DNA of 32,000 bases from an uncultured delta proteobacterium (GTDB taxonomy: Bacteria; Desulfobacterota; Binatia; UBA9968). The DNA is taken from the NCBI GenBank assembly GCA_963804165.1, contig CAWDPO010000011.1:51759-83758 (forward strand), in the 5' to 3' direction. Of this stretch, positions 1 through 8,624 are shown piece by piece. Numbering within the stretch: position 1 is the stretch's first letter; each line of letters starts with the position of its first letter. A program made the position numbers and the translations under genes. The notes below the pieces were generated by a model. That model had not been told where the DNA came from. It made no database searches and saw nothing but the letters and a program-made list of their open reading frames with translations.

Positions 1-1
1 T

Positions 2-769
2 GCCGGAGCCGAAAAAAGTGGCGCGGCGCCGGAGCGAAAAAAAGTTCACCTTGCTCAAGTTCAGAAGAAGCTCCCGAAGATTGTTCTTATATACCAGGTT
101 CAGAGCCAGATTCCTCTGGTTAGGACTTTTTACTACGGCGAAGAAATCTCGAAAACCCTTCCTTCATTCGTTCATCCGAATGAGTTCATCGATGGAGCGG
201 TGGTGAGCGGCACCTATAAAAGCGAGCGAAAAATTCCCACTTCGCTGCATTGTGCGAACCCTTTTATCGAGGAGATGCTCAAGCGGCACGGCGGCGAGTT
301 GGAGTTCCTCGGTGTGATTCTCTCGCGCGGATATAACGACAGCTTTGAGCAGAAAAAGAAAATGGGGCTGTGGAGCGCTCGCTTGGCCAGATGTTTGGGC
401 GCTGACGGCGCCGTGGCGATGATGGAGGGAACCGGCAATACGACCGTCGATTTTATGCAAACCGTCAAAGCTTGCGAAGCGGAAGGGATTAAGACCGTAG
501 CGGTTCTGCACGAGGATAACGGCGCCAAAGGCTATGAAAGGCCGCTGGTCGATCATCCGCGCGAAGCCGACGCGATGATCAGCCGTGGCAACCGCTCCGA
601 GAAATTGGTTCTTGCCCCACTCGACCAGGTCATCGGAGGAAAGGAGATCGACCTCCATCTTAAACTCAAACACGATCCGCATAAGCCACTGTTTTTCGAC
701 CCGACGATCTTTTTCGGTGCGCATTGTCAGATGGGAGCCAGCGGCTTTCGTGCTGCCTTTGAAAGCTGA
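2..769 (+). CDS. GrdE/PrdA-family protein (glycine/sarcosine/betaine reductase component B alpha/beta-like); 5' end lies outside the window
   Basis: Frame 2 is open from base 2; by hand translation there is no stop before the listed GTG at 200. The translation ...HPNEFIDGAVVSGTYKSERK...NPFIEEMLKRHG...LGADGAVAMMEGTGNTTVDFM...EGIKTVAVLHE carries motifs I recall from GrdE/PrdA proproteins. It ends 12 nt before the grdB-like gene. Confidence 0.6.
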   Translation, partial: AGAEKSGAAPERKKVHLAQVQKKLPKIVLIYQVQSQIPLVRTFYYGEEISKTLPSFVHPNEFIDGAVVSGTYKSERKIPTSLHCANPFIEEMLKRHGGELEFLGVILSRGYNDSFEQKKKMGLWSARLARCLGADGAVAMMEGTGNTTVDFMQTVKACEAEGIKTVAVLHEDNGAKGYERPLVDHPREADAMISRGNRSEKLVLAPLDQVIGGKEIDLHLKLKHDPHKPLFFDPTIFFGAHCQMGASGFRAAFES

Positions 770-781
770 GATGAAACCAAA

Positions 782-2086
782 ATGATCAAAGTTTTACACT
801 ATCTCAATCAATTTTTTGCCGGCATCGGCGGTGAGGAGAAAGCCGGACAGGAATTTTTCTTTCTGCCGAAGCCCGCCGGACCCGGTGTCCTGCTCCGCGA
901 CCTACTGAAGAACCAGGACATTGAGTATGCAACGGTGGTCTGCGGCGACAACTATTTTCATGAACATGAAGAAGCTGTTCTCGCTTCTTTGACGGAAGTG
1001 ATGGCGCAGTTTGCGCCGGACCTGTTTGTCGCCGGTCCGGCTTTTCATGCGGGGAGATACGGGCTTGCCTGCGCCAAAACCGCCAGCTTCGTGCGCGAGC
1101 GTTGGGGCGTGCCGGCGCTGACAGGGCTCTATGAAGAAAATCCGGGAACGAAGGAAGTCGGCCGGCATGTCTTGGTGATCCAGACGGGTTCGTCGGCTGC
1201 TTCGATGCAAACCGCCATTAAGCGGTTCGCCGATCTGGCGGTGCTTTTGCTCCACAAGAACGTTGAAAACCTCGAGGCCTTCAAAGAGGAATTTTGTCTA
1301 AAGATCCCGCGGCGATTTACCGTTCAAGCCGCTGCTCCCGACAGCGTACGAGCAGTGGAGATGCTGCTAGCTAAGCTGGGTGGCGCGGCTTTCGAGAGCG
1401 AGATCCCGCGAATCGAGGTGGCGCCCCATCCGGTTCCCGCCGCGATTCAAGATCTCTCTCAGGCAACTCTCGCCATGGTGACGGAAGGCGGTTTGGTGCC
1501 ATTAGGCAATCCCGACCGGCTGGAAAGCTCGCGCGGAACGAAGTACTTCAAGTACTCGATCAAAGAACGCGACGACTTGAAACCGGGCGAGTTCGAAGCC
1601 ATGCATACCGGTTACGACACCTCCACGGTCAACGCTGATCCCGACCGGCTTATTCCCGTAGACGCCATGCGGACATTGGAACGCGCCGGGAATTTCGGCA
1701 GACTTCACGATTACTATTATGTCACGACCGGAACCGGCGCCATGCCTGCCAAGATGCAGGAGCTCGGCGCAGGGATCGCCCAGGAGCTTTCGGCCTCGGG
1801 TGTAAACGGAGTCGTTCTCACTGCGACGTGAGGGACCGGCACGCGTAGCGGCGCTACGATCGCAAAAGAAATTGAGCGGAGAGGAATTCCGGTGGTGCTC
1901 ATCACCTGTCTCGCCAATGTGGCAACGCAAGTCGGGGCATACCGGATCATGAGCGGAAATAAATTTCACTACCCGGTGGGCAACCCGGATCTTCCGGCCG
2001 CCGAAGAAGCGAAGTGGCGCGCTGAGTTGCTGAGCGCGGCGCTGAAAATTTTACAAACCACAGTCGATGCCCCGACTGTCTTCTAA
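782..2086 (+). CDS. GrdB-family selenoprotein B-like reductase subunit, with selenocysteine encoded by the in-frame TGA at 1829-1831
   Basis: ORFs 782..1831 and 1892..2086 are in the same frame and are separated only by one TGA. The N-terminus (VLHYLNQFFAGIGGEEKA, GDNYF, AGPAFHAGRYG, TGLYEENPG) and the region after the TGA (GT.TR.GAT..KEIERRGIPVV ... LQTTVDAPTVF) match GrdB as I recall it. The TGA falls where GrdB has Sec (..LT.TU-GT..). Confidence 0.85.
1844..1858 (+). promoter_or_regulatory. Candidate bacterial SECIS hairpin for the UGA at 1829
   Basis: Perfect 6-bp stem cgtagc/gctacg around a G-rich loop (ggc, or cggcg if the top pair opens). It starts 13 nt after the UGA. Confidence 0.5.
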
Positions 2087-2099
2087 ATCGAATGCTGTC

Positions 2100-2246
2100 A
2101 TGGAACGTCGAGCATTGTTGTTGCTAGTCGCCGGCTTTGTTTTTGCTGTTAATTTCCTTTCAGTCAACGCGACGACGCGCGCGAATACCAAGATCCGCGT
2201 TGGTCTTCCCGATTTCACCAGCTGCTCTGGTCTTCATCCTATATAG
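2100..2246 (+). other. 48-codon ORF resembling the first ~40 residues of a solute-binding protein (possible gene remnant)
   Basis: Hand translation gives MERRALLLLVAGFVFAVNFLSVNATTRANTKIRVGLPDF..., a signal-peptide-like sequence followed by a KIRVG motif. It then stops and runs into the 3' end of the convergent bicupin. It is below the ORF-track size cutoff. Confidence 0.2.
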
Positions 2247-3373
2247 CCGGCATCGCACTGGCCACGCCACGTTTTCGCATCTCGTCTTCGTAGTGTTTGC
2301 GAATGTACGGGTCTTCATCGGCGTATTCGATCAAGGTGCCGCCTTCTTTCACGTCTATATAAACGCCGTCCTCACTCCGCTTGTCGGCAATCTTAAAGCC
2401 GATGGGGTGAATCCGGCTGCCATAGCGAAGCGCGAGATGTCGCGCCGGCTCGGGGCCGGTATTAAAATGTTGATGGAACCATCCCCCCGGCGGGCAATAG
2501 ACACTGCCGGCTTTCCATTTCACCTCGACGATTTCGTCCCCGCGGCCCGCTTCATAGGGCCCGAGGACCGAGTTCCTTCGACCATAACAAAACATAACCC
2601 GACGACTGCAAGCCCAACAGAATCGCGCCGGAACCGTGATAGTGCGCCTTGTGGTACCGAGCCGCCGGCCACTGTGCTAGATGGCCGATCAAACTATTGC
2701 CGGATAGCTCGAACTGAGTAATCCGCACCCCCGCTCCCTTGATCTCGCGTTGATCCAAATTCGCCGACTGAATGTCCATGATGAAATTGGTTTCCCAGAT
2801 ATGCTGCATTCCCGACTCGTAGCGCTTTTGTCCGACATGAAAAAAATCGTCTACCCCCGCGTAACGATCGGCAAAATTATAGGGGCAGTTAAAAATGAAC
2901 TCCTCATTATGCACGATGTCCATCACCAGCGGGGCGTTAGTGACCGCCAAAAATTTCACCGGCAGGCGCCCGCCGTTGATCAACCGATGCCAGGTGTTGA
3001 GCGGTGGCGCAAACAAGCTCCACGGCCCCCATTCGAACATCTGCTTGCGCCCACCCTCTTGCCATACTTCCGTGGCGCCTTGGCCGTCGAGTATGCAGAT
3101 CACTTCTTCGTAAAAATGCTTCTCGGCTAGAAGCGCGCCGCCGGCGGGAATCTCGCCGACATACATTCCGGTAACGCCTTCCATGCCGTATAGATTAATG
3201 AACGTCGCCTTGCCGCCGGTGCGTGTCCAGGGCGCCATGGCGACTTCCCGGACATCCTCGAGGCCGTAACCATCGATCACCGGAATCCCCTGGCAAGCCA
3301 TCCACTTGAAGTAAGTGGTTTTGTGAAACGCCGCCATCAAAGCTTTGATTCGTTCGTCCTGCGACATAATCAT
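2239..3373 (-). pseudogene. Bicupin (gentisate-dioxygenase-like, two cupin barrels) interrupted by one frameshift near 2556-2572
   Basis: ORF 2552..3466 carries cupin 1 and the start of cupin 2 (HKAHYHGSGAILLGLQSSGYVLLW). ORF 2239..2595 continues cupin 2 (EIVEVKWKAGSVYCPPGGWFHQHFNTG) in the next frame, overlapping at cctcgggccc. The likely start is the ATG at 3373 (or 3367), after AAGGAG. Confidence 0.75.
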
Positions 3374-3479
3374 CCGGCTCCTTCGCCGACGGAATTTTTT
3401 CTTAGTGAATGTTTCGATTGCAGATTGATTCGGCCATTGCATCGAAACGGAACGAAAACCTACCACAGTTCGATGAGAT

Positions 3480-3775
3480 CAGGAAGGTTTCCGATGCGCA
3501 ACGAAAAAGAGCCGGATCTTAAGCGTCAACGGCGCAACAGGTGATTGATTGGGTGCTGAAAGCGAAGATGATCGGAAAGGAGTTCGAGGATCTGGCGCGG
3601 ATGCGGGATGCGTTGACACGCGCCAAATCAGCTCTGGGCGGCGCTAGACGACACAGGGGGCGTTGGTTTCGACGTTCCGCTTTACATCGTGCATGCTCTC
3701 CGCTCTCTTAGCGAGATCAAAGCTATCAAGATGATGAGTGTCGGTGCACCCGAGGCGATGGCTGGTCGCTCAGGG
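3480..3775 (+). pseudogene. Decayed internal fragment of an MR/MLE (enolase superfamily) gene, paralogous to 5971..7038
   Basis: TAQQVIDWVLKAKMIGKEFEDLARMRDAL aligns with TAQHVIETVLKGKVVGKEIEDLPRIRADI, and EIKAIKMMSVGAPEAMA aligns with EIRVIKMVSVGDPDAMA. Nucleotide similarity is visible (ggaaaggagttcgaggatctggcgcggatg vs ggcaaggagatcgaggatctgccgcggata). Stops and frame changes lie in between, and the first ~45 codons are missing. Confidence 0.7.
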
Positions 3776-3822
3776 CGAAATCATGATCGACATCGATCGC
3801 AATTTCGCTACCGCGCAGGCGG

Positions 3823-5358
3823 TCAGCGCAAAACGAATGTTCCGACACGGCCGAGTCCGTCGGAACCCATGTCGCTATTTTGAACCAATTCCCCGCGAAC
3901 CAATGACCACGCCGAGGATCTTGAGGTAGGGCCGACATCGTCGACGACGGTCCAGCCGGTAAGAGTCGTGCGGTTGAAGTCATCCCAAAGCAACTCCGCA
4001 CCAGTGGCGAGGTCGACGACTTTTACGTCGTCGAAAGCGCTTCCCTGATTGCGCGAAGAGTAAAGCGCGACGGTGCCGTTTCGAAAACTTTGATCGTGAA
4101 CAGAGAAAACCGGTTTACCGTCGATGTTGACCTTCAGAGTCGTTCCCTGGGCGATAAGCTCGATCAAATAGTTGTGACCACTGACGTACGGGACAGTATC
4201 CTCAGCGATAACCTTGAAAATACCGTTTTCACGTTTTATGAGCTGACGTCCCGCGGGTTCTTGCGCCCATGAAAAGCGATAATAGTTGTCTCTGTCCTGA
4301 TAGCGGAACATGACCCCTAACGTGTCATCGTCGGCAGAGCGCATTTTTAGCGCGACGCGATAGTCTTTCCAGCTTGCTTGAGTGTACAAAGCGTAGGTTC
4401 CTAATTGCCCGCCTCGCGTTGAAGAGATATTGCTGCTTTGCACCAGGGCGCCCGTGGCTGCGGACCAATGGGATGGGCCGGCGGAGTCTCCCTCGTCGAT
4501 AATGGTCCAGCTTCGATGTATGCCGTCATTGAAGTTGGCAGAGAGTAAGGTATTACCGCCGTTGAGGTCATCAACCACGATGTCGTCGAAGGCACTTCCC
4601 TGGTTGGAATACGAATATAACGCAATCGTCCCTTCCGGGATGGCGCTGTCGGTCACGGAGAACACCGAGCGTCCATCGATCAAGACCTTCAAGGACGAGC
4701 CCTGGGTGACGATTTGTAAAGTATACGTTTGCCCCACTGTGTACGGCACTGAGTCTTTCGCCAATACCTGGAACACACCGCCGACACGTTTCTCAAGTCG
4801 CCGAGAGCTATTCCCCGCAGACCAGCTGAAACGATAGTAGTTGTTTGGATCCTGATAGCGAAACATTGCTCCTATGGAGTCGCTATCGGTGGAGCGGATT
4901 TTCATTGTCAGGCGATAATTGTTCCACCGACCGGCGCCCTCTGCGCCGGGTGAGGGATTTGAGCCCAGAGCCGTGGAGCCAGTCGAGATCTGGGTGGTGG
5001 GAGTCAAGGTCGTAGGAGCCAGGTTCGTGGAAGTGGGCTGAGAATTACTCGAAACGGTGGCGCACGCGCTGTTGGAAGTCAGCGAATCTCCCGCCTTGTT
5101 AAACGCCCGCACGCGATAGCAGTAAGTTGATCCGGCGTTTAATCCTGAATCCGTGTAGCTTTCCGTATTGGCGCCCACCCGGGCGATTTCAACATACTTA
5201 CCTGAGATCTGGCGCTCGATCGTAAATCCGACTTCCGTGGCAGAATTGTCTCGCCAGTTCAGGAGTAGAGTAGCGGACTCACTGATGCTGGCCCATAGCG
5301 TCGTGAAACCGAGGGTGAACAAAACAAAGGCCAAGAACGGCAGTGGAATTCGGAGCAA
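3823..5358 (-). CDS. Secreted protein: signal peptide, FN3 domain, S/T/P linker, then two tandem ~170-aa concanavalin/LamG/DUF1080-like repeats
   Basis: TTG start 5 nt after TAGGAGGTG. Hydrophobic N-terminus. FN3-like segment LLLNWRDNSATEVGFTIERQ...YCYRVRAFN. The two repeats are clearly alignable (W.NYRLTMKIRS..GAMFRYQDPNNYYRFSW vs WKDYRVALKMRS..GVMFRYQDRDNYYRFSW). Confidence 0.8.
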   Translation of the reverse strand: MLRIPLPFLAFVLFTLGFTTLWASISESATLLLNWRDNSATEVGFTIERQISGKYVEIARVGANTESYTDSGLNAGSTYCYRVRAFNKAGDSLTSNSACATVSSNSQPTSTNLAPTTLTPTTQISTGSTALGSNPSPGAEGAGRWNNYRLTMKIRSTDSDSIGAMFRYQDPNNYYRFSWSAGNSSRRLEKRVGGVFQVLAKDSVPYTVGQTYTLQIVTQGSSLKVLIDGRSVFSVTDSAIPEGTIALYSYSNQGSAFDDIVVDDLNGGNTLLSANFNDGIHRSWTIIDEGDSAGPSHWSAATGALVQSSNISSTRGGQLGTYALYTQASWKDYRVALKMRSADDDTLGVMFRYQDRDNYYRFSWAQEPAGRQLIKRENGIFKVIAEDTVPYVSGHNYLIELIAQGTTLKVNIDGKPVFSVHDQSFRNGTVALYSSRNQGSAFDDVKVVDLATGAELLWDDFNRTTLTGWTVVDDVGPTSRSSAWSLVRGELVQNSDMGSDGLGRVGTFVLR

Positions 5359-5970
5359 ACTACACCTCCTAAAGCCGGTAAGATCCCGACCTGTGAAGGT
5401 GCGGGGAATCGTCTCGGGCAGTCTTTCAGTACTCAGTAGCGTCCCGCCAGCGCCTTTCAGGGTAGCGGGCTAATCGTCCATGTGCAGAGTGATTTAATTC
5501 TGGCGCGTCGCCGCACTGCAACGCAATCGCGATGCCAAGTACGGATCATCGAAAAAATTTGCTAACCGCATTTTCTGACTCTGAAACAATGAAACCATCG
5601 ACGGGACAAATGCATGATTTTTTGGAGGAACTGTCGCAAGAAAATTTTCGGTAACTGCGACTTCGCCAAAGCACTCCCGCTCTTTGTCGAGGAGCGATGT
5701 ATGAAAAAGAAGTCAAAATAGTGACAAAAGAGTGCAGGGAGGTTCGGACACTTTGGGCTCATTCAATTCAGATAACTTTAGTCTCTCCCGGTGATGCTCA
5801 TTCGGTAACGACGAGAGAGCATCGGTTCTGACGCGTCGATCTTGGTCGCCATTGTGATACTGTTGTTCGCTTGTCGAATTAGATATCCGTCTAGTTAGGC
5901 TGGCAGCTTATCATTAAGTTATGCTATCCATCGCTACAGTTTTATCATTTTGAGATCGAGGTAGGGCGTT

Positions 5971-7038
5971 ATGCAGATCGCGAAAATCGATACCAGGTTG
6001 CTCGAAATGCCCTATAACAAGCCGTTGGTTACGGCAACGAATAATTTCACCGTCGCGCGCGGATTGCTCGTGAAGGTCGCTACGGACGGTGGCATCGAAG
6101 GTTACGGCTATTCCGATCTCTTCCCGCGCACCGGCGAGACGCCCCAGACGGCGCAGCATGTCATCGAAACAGTTCTAAAAGGTAAGGTGGTCGGCAAGGA
6201 GATCGAGGATCTGCCGCGGATACGCGCCGACATCGATCATACTTTGACCGGAAACCCGCGGGCCAAGGCGGCTTTGGAAACCGCGATGTACGACGCGCTG
6301 GCGCGGGGCTATCACATGCCGCTATCCGTCATGCTCGGCGGGAAATATCGAAGCGAGATTAGAGTCATCAAGATGGTGAGCGTCGGCGATCCCGATGCGA
6401 TGGCCGAAGAAGCGAAACAGCTTGTGCGTAGCGGACTGGCGCTGAAGCTCAAAGTCGGCGGGAAGATTGAGCAGGATTTGCCCCGGGTTGCGGCCGTACG
6501 CAAGGCGGTCGGCGCCGACGTCTTCATCAAAGTCGACGCCAATGAATCGTACGATGCAAAAACCGCCATTCGCTTGGCCAAAGGGCTGGCCGATCACGGG
6601 GTGGAAGTCTTCGAACAGCCGGTGCCGCGCGATCAACTCGACGCCTTGTGGGAAGTGAAAAAGCATTCGCCGATCAAGATCGAAGCGGACCAGTCGGCAC
6701 GATCCTTCGCCGACGTACAGATGATGATTAAAAATCGCATGGTCGATTCGATCAACACGGGTATCGCTAAAGTCGGTAGCATTGGAGAGGTGCGCAAAAT
6801 CGCTGATCTTTGTGAGCTGAACGGTATCCGCTGCGCCCTCTCGAACACGGCGGGCAGTATGGTTGGCGACGCTGCCGCGGTGCATCTCGCGGCGAGCACG
6901 CCCGGTATCTCACCGTTGTGCGAGCTGGGCGAGTTTGAAGTGATCACCGGCGATCCATTTTTCGGCCTGACGGTCGAGAAGGGCATGATCAGCGTGCCGG
7001 AGGGCGAGGGATTGGGGGTGAGTCTCAGGGGATTCTAG
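5971..7038 (+). CDS. Mandelate racemase/muconate lactonizing enzyme family protein (enolase superfamily, dipeptide-epimerase-like)
   Basis: 355-aa ORF with the characteristic KVDANESYD, FEQPVPRD and IKIEADQS metal-ligand regions. Confidence 0.9.
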   Translation: MQIAKIDTRLLEMPYNKPLVTATNNFTVARGLLVKVATDGGIEGYGYSDLFPRTGETPQTAQHVIETVLKGKVVGKEIEDLPRIRADIDHTLTGNPRAKAALETAMYDALARGYHMPLSVMLGGKYRSEIRVIKMVSVGDPDAMAEEAKQLVRSGLALKLKVGGKIEQDLPRVAAVRKAVGADVFIKVDANESYDAKTAIRLAKGLADHGVEVFEQPVPRDQLDALWEVKKHSPIKIEADQSARSFADVQMMIKNRMVDSINTGIAKVGSIGEVRKIADLCELNGIRCALSNTAGSMVGDAAAVHLAASTPGISPLCELGEFEVITGDPFFGLTVEKGMISVPEGEGLGVSLRGF

Positions 7039-7054
7039 GAAGAGTGGAAGCAAT

Positions 7055-7171
7055 CGTTGCAGACGTTCCAATCGTTCAAGTCGTTTCGAACGGACTCCGG
7101 ACTCGATCCCGGCGATTGAACGTTTTGAACGGAGCGTAGCGGTTGAACGGTTTGAACCATTTGAACTCTTA
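7055..7171. repeat. 13 consecutive 9-bp phased units: four CGTTnnAnn units followed by five TTGAAC-containing units in opposite orientation
   Basis: CGTT starts at 7055, 7064, 7073 and 7082. TTGAAC sits at 7116, 7125, 7143, 7152 and 7161, all at 9-bp multiples; the 7134 slot is degenerate. CGTTCAA is the reverse complement of TTGAACG. The array fills the MR/MLE-UbiD intergenic region. Confidence 0.8.
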
Positions 7172-7190
7172 ATCTTGAGGAAAGATACCT

Positions 7191-8624
7191 ATGCCGGATT
7201 TACGCACATGGCTTAACGATGTCGACAAGCTCGGTCAGCTGATGACCGTGGAAAACGTTCACTGGGATCTCGAGCTTTCGACCTTGACGGAAATTATCAA
7301 CGAGCGCTCGAAGACGCGACCGGCGATCATTTTCGATCGCATCAAAGACTACCCGCAAGGTTATCGCGTTGCCGCCAATCTGGTGTCATCTGTCGGTCGC
7401 TTGGCTCTCACGCTCGGCATGAAGGCCGACATGAGCGATATGGATTTCGTCCAAGCTTGGCGCCAGCAGGTTAAGAAGATCACACCGCTGCCGACAGAGA
7501 CAGTTGCGACGGGACGGCTGTTTGAAAACGTCAAGAAAGGTAAAGACATTAACGTACTGCAATTTCCCGTGCCACGCTGGCACGAGCTGGATGGCGGGCG
7601 CTACATCGGCACCGACGATCTCGTGATCACGCGCGATCCGGAGGAGGACTGGGTCAACGTCGGCACCTACCGAGTCATGGTTCACGGCCCCGATCGCCTG
7701 GGGTTACACATGTCGCCCGGTAAACATGGCCGCGTGCACAGGGACAAATATCACGCGTGGGGAAAACCGTTGCCGATCGCGGTTTCTTTCGGTCATCATC
7801 CGATCAACTTCGTCGTGGCGTCCACCGACGTACCGAATCGCGTCAACGAGTACGAGTACACCGGCGGCATTCTCGGCAAACCGCTGCAGGTCGTTAAAGG
7901 ACCGCTGACGGGTTTGCCGATCCCCGCCGACGCGGAGATCGCCATCGAAGGCGAAGTGGCGGTTGACGATGTCATGCCCGAAGGTCCGTTCGGAGAATGG
8001 ACCGGCTACTACGCAAGCAATCAGCCGGCGGTACCCGTGATTCAAATCAAAGCGCTCTACTTCCGCAACGATCCGATCCTCTGCGGCTTTCCACTGCTCA
8101 AACCCTCCGCAGGCGACAATATTCATTTCTCGCTGATGCGCTCGTCCTTGGTCTGGAACGCCCTGGATGAAGCCGGCGTGCCCGATGTCAGAGGCGTGTG
8201 GTGTCATCCCTCGGCGGGCCGCTTCCTTACCGTGGTTTCGATCAAGCAGCGCTACCCCGGTCATGCGCGCCAAGCCGGCATGATCGCTAGCCAATGCCGA
8301 TCCGGCGCTTATCTTGGCCGTTACGTCGTCGTGGTCGATGACGACGTCGACATAACCGATTCCGAAGAATTTCTCTGGGTGCTGAGCAGCCGTTCTGATC
8401 CGGCTGAGTCGATCGAGATTCTCCGGCGCGCCTGGAGCGGCCCGCTCGATCCGCGCATCGCGCGCGACCAGGTGGGTCACAGCTCGCGCGCGGTGATCGA
8501 TGCGACGCGGCCGTACGAATGGCGCGAGAAGTTTCCCAAAGTCAGCGGCGCGAGCCGAGAATTAAAAGACAAAGTCGCGGGCGATTGGCGTGAGTTTCTC
8601 GATCAGAAGGTCGCCGGAAAATAG
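7191..8624 (+). CDS. UbiD-family (prenyl-FMN dependent) decarboxylase
   Basis: 477-aa ORF after GAGGAAAG. The N-terminal DLRTWLNDVDKLGQL...IINE and the overall length are typical of the UbiD family. Confidence 0.9.
   Translation: MPDLRTWLNDVDKLGQLMTVENVHWDLELSTLTEIINERSKTRPAIIFDRIKDYPQGYRVAANLVSSVGRLALTLGMKADMSDMDFVQAWRQQVKKITPLPTETVATGRLFENVKKGKDINVLQFPVPRWHELDGGRYIGTDDLVITRDPEEDWVNVGTYRVMVHGPDRLGLHMSPGKHGRVHRDKYHAWGKPLPIAVSFGHHPINFVVASTDVPNRVNEYEYTGGILGKPLQVVKGPLTGLPIPADAEIAIEGEVAVDDVMPEGPFGEWTGYYASNQPAVPVIQIKALYFRNDPILCGFPLLKPSAGDNIHFSLMRSSLVWNALDEAGVPDVRGVWCHPSAGRFLTVVSIKQRYPGHARQAGMIASQCRSGAYLGRYVVVVDDDVDITDSEEFLWVLSSRSDPAESIEILRRAWSGPLDPRIARDQVGHSSRAVIDATRPYEWREKFPKVSGASRELKDKVAGDWREFLDQKVAGK

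Noticed and set aside
3780-3905. Extension of the enolase-family remnant to ~3905 (IMIDIDRNFATAQAV resembling VFIKVDANESYDAKTAI, and YFEPIPREP resembling VFEQPVPRD).
   Set aside because: From 3826 onward the opposite strand encodes the well-supported C-terminus of the FN3-lectin protein, which is homologous to its own first repeat. At least the FEP match is therefore probably chance. I limit the confident remnant to ~3480-3775 and flag 3775-3840 as possible.
3823-3945. Idea that the FN3-lectin gene is 3'-truncated inside a third repeat.
   Set aside because: If the repeat unit is taken to begin at W.(N/D)YR and end at G.LVQ.S...GT(Y/F).L, the protein consists of exactly two complete units and stops at the unit boundary. 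There is no evidence of truncation.
5562-5762. 66-aa ORF and a 7-bp hairpin (gatgctc...gagcatc) in the 612-bp AT-richer spacer between the lectin-like and MR/MLE genes. I considered a small gene or a riboswitch.
   Set aside because: The ORF is low-complexity with no RBS. The hairpin is short with a 17-nt loop, and I recognise no riboswitch consensus. The spacer is noted only as an unusually long divergent promoter region.
5901-5920. Sigma-54-like -24 element TGGCAG upstream of the MR/MLE gene.
   Set aside because: The -12 GC is absent at the required GG-N10-GC spacing; the sequence reads TGGCAGcttatcaTT.
7055-7171. The 9-bp repeats interpreted as a coding tripeptide repeat or a CRISPR-like array.
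   Set aside because: There is no start codon in the open frame, and the stop of the upstream gene is out of frame with it. The units are contiguous 9-mers without spacers, so this is not CRISPR. Non-coding regulatory or structural DNA is more plausible.
7704-8480. Long antisense ORFs inside confident genes, for example 7704..8480(-) in the UbiD gene, 22623..23471(+) and 22626..23300(-) across tctB/tctC, 164..724(-), 15947..16420(+) and 16984..17532(-).
   Set aside because: They are Arg/Ser/Pro/Gly-rich, low-complexity shadow frames typical of GC-rich DNA. They have no RBS or recognisable motifs, while the opposite or alternative frame has a strong family match.
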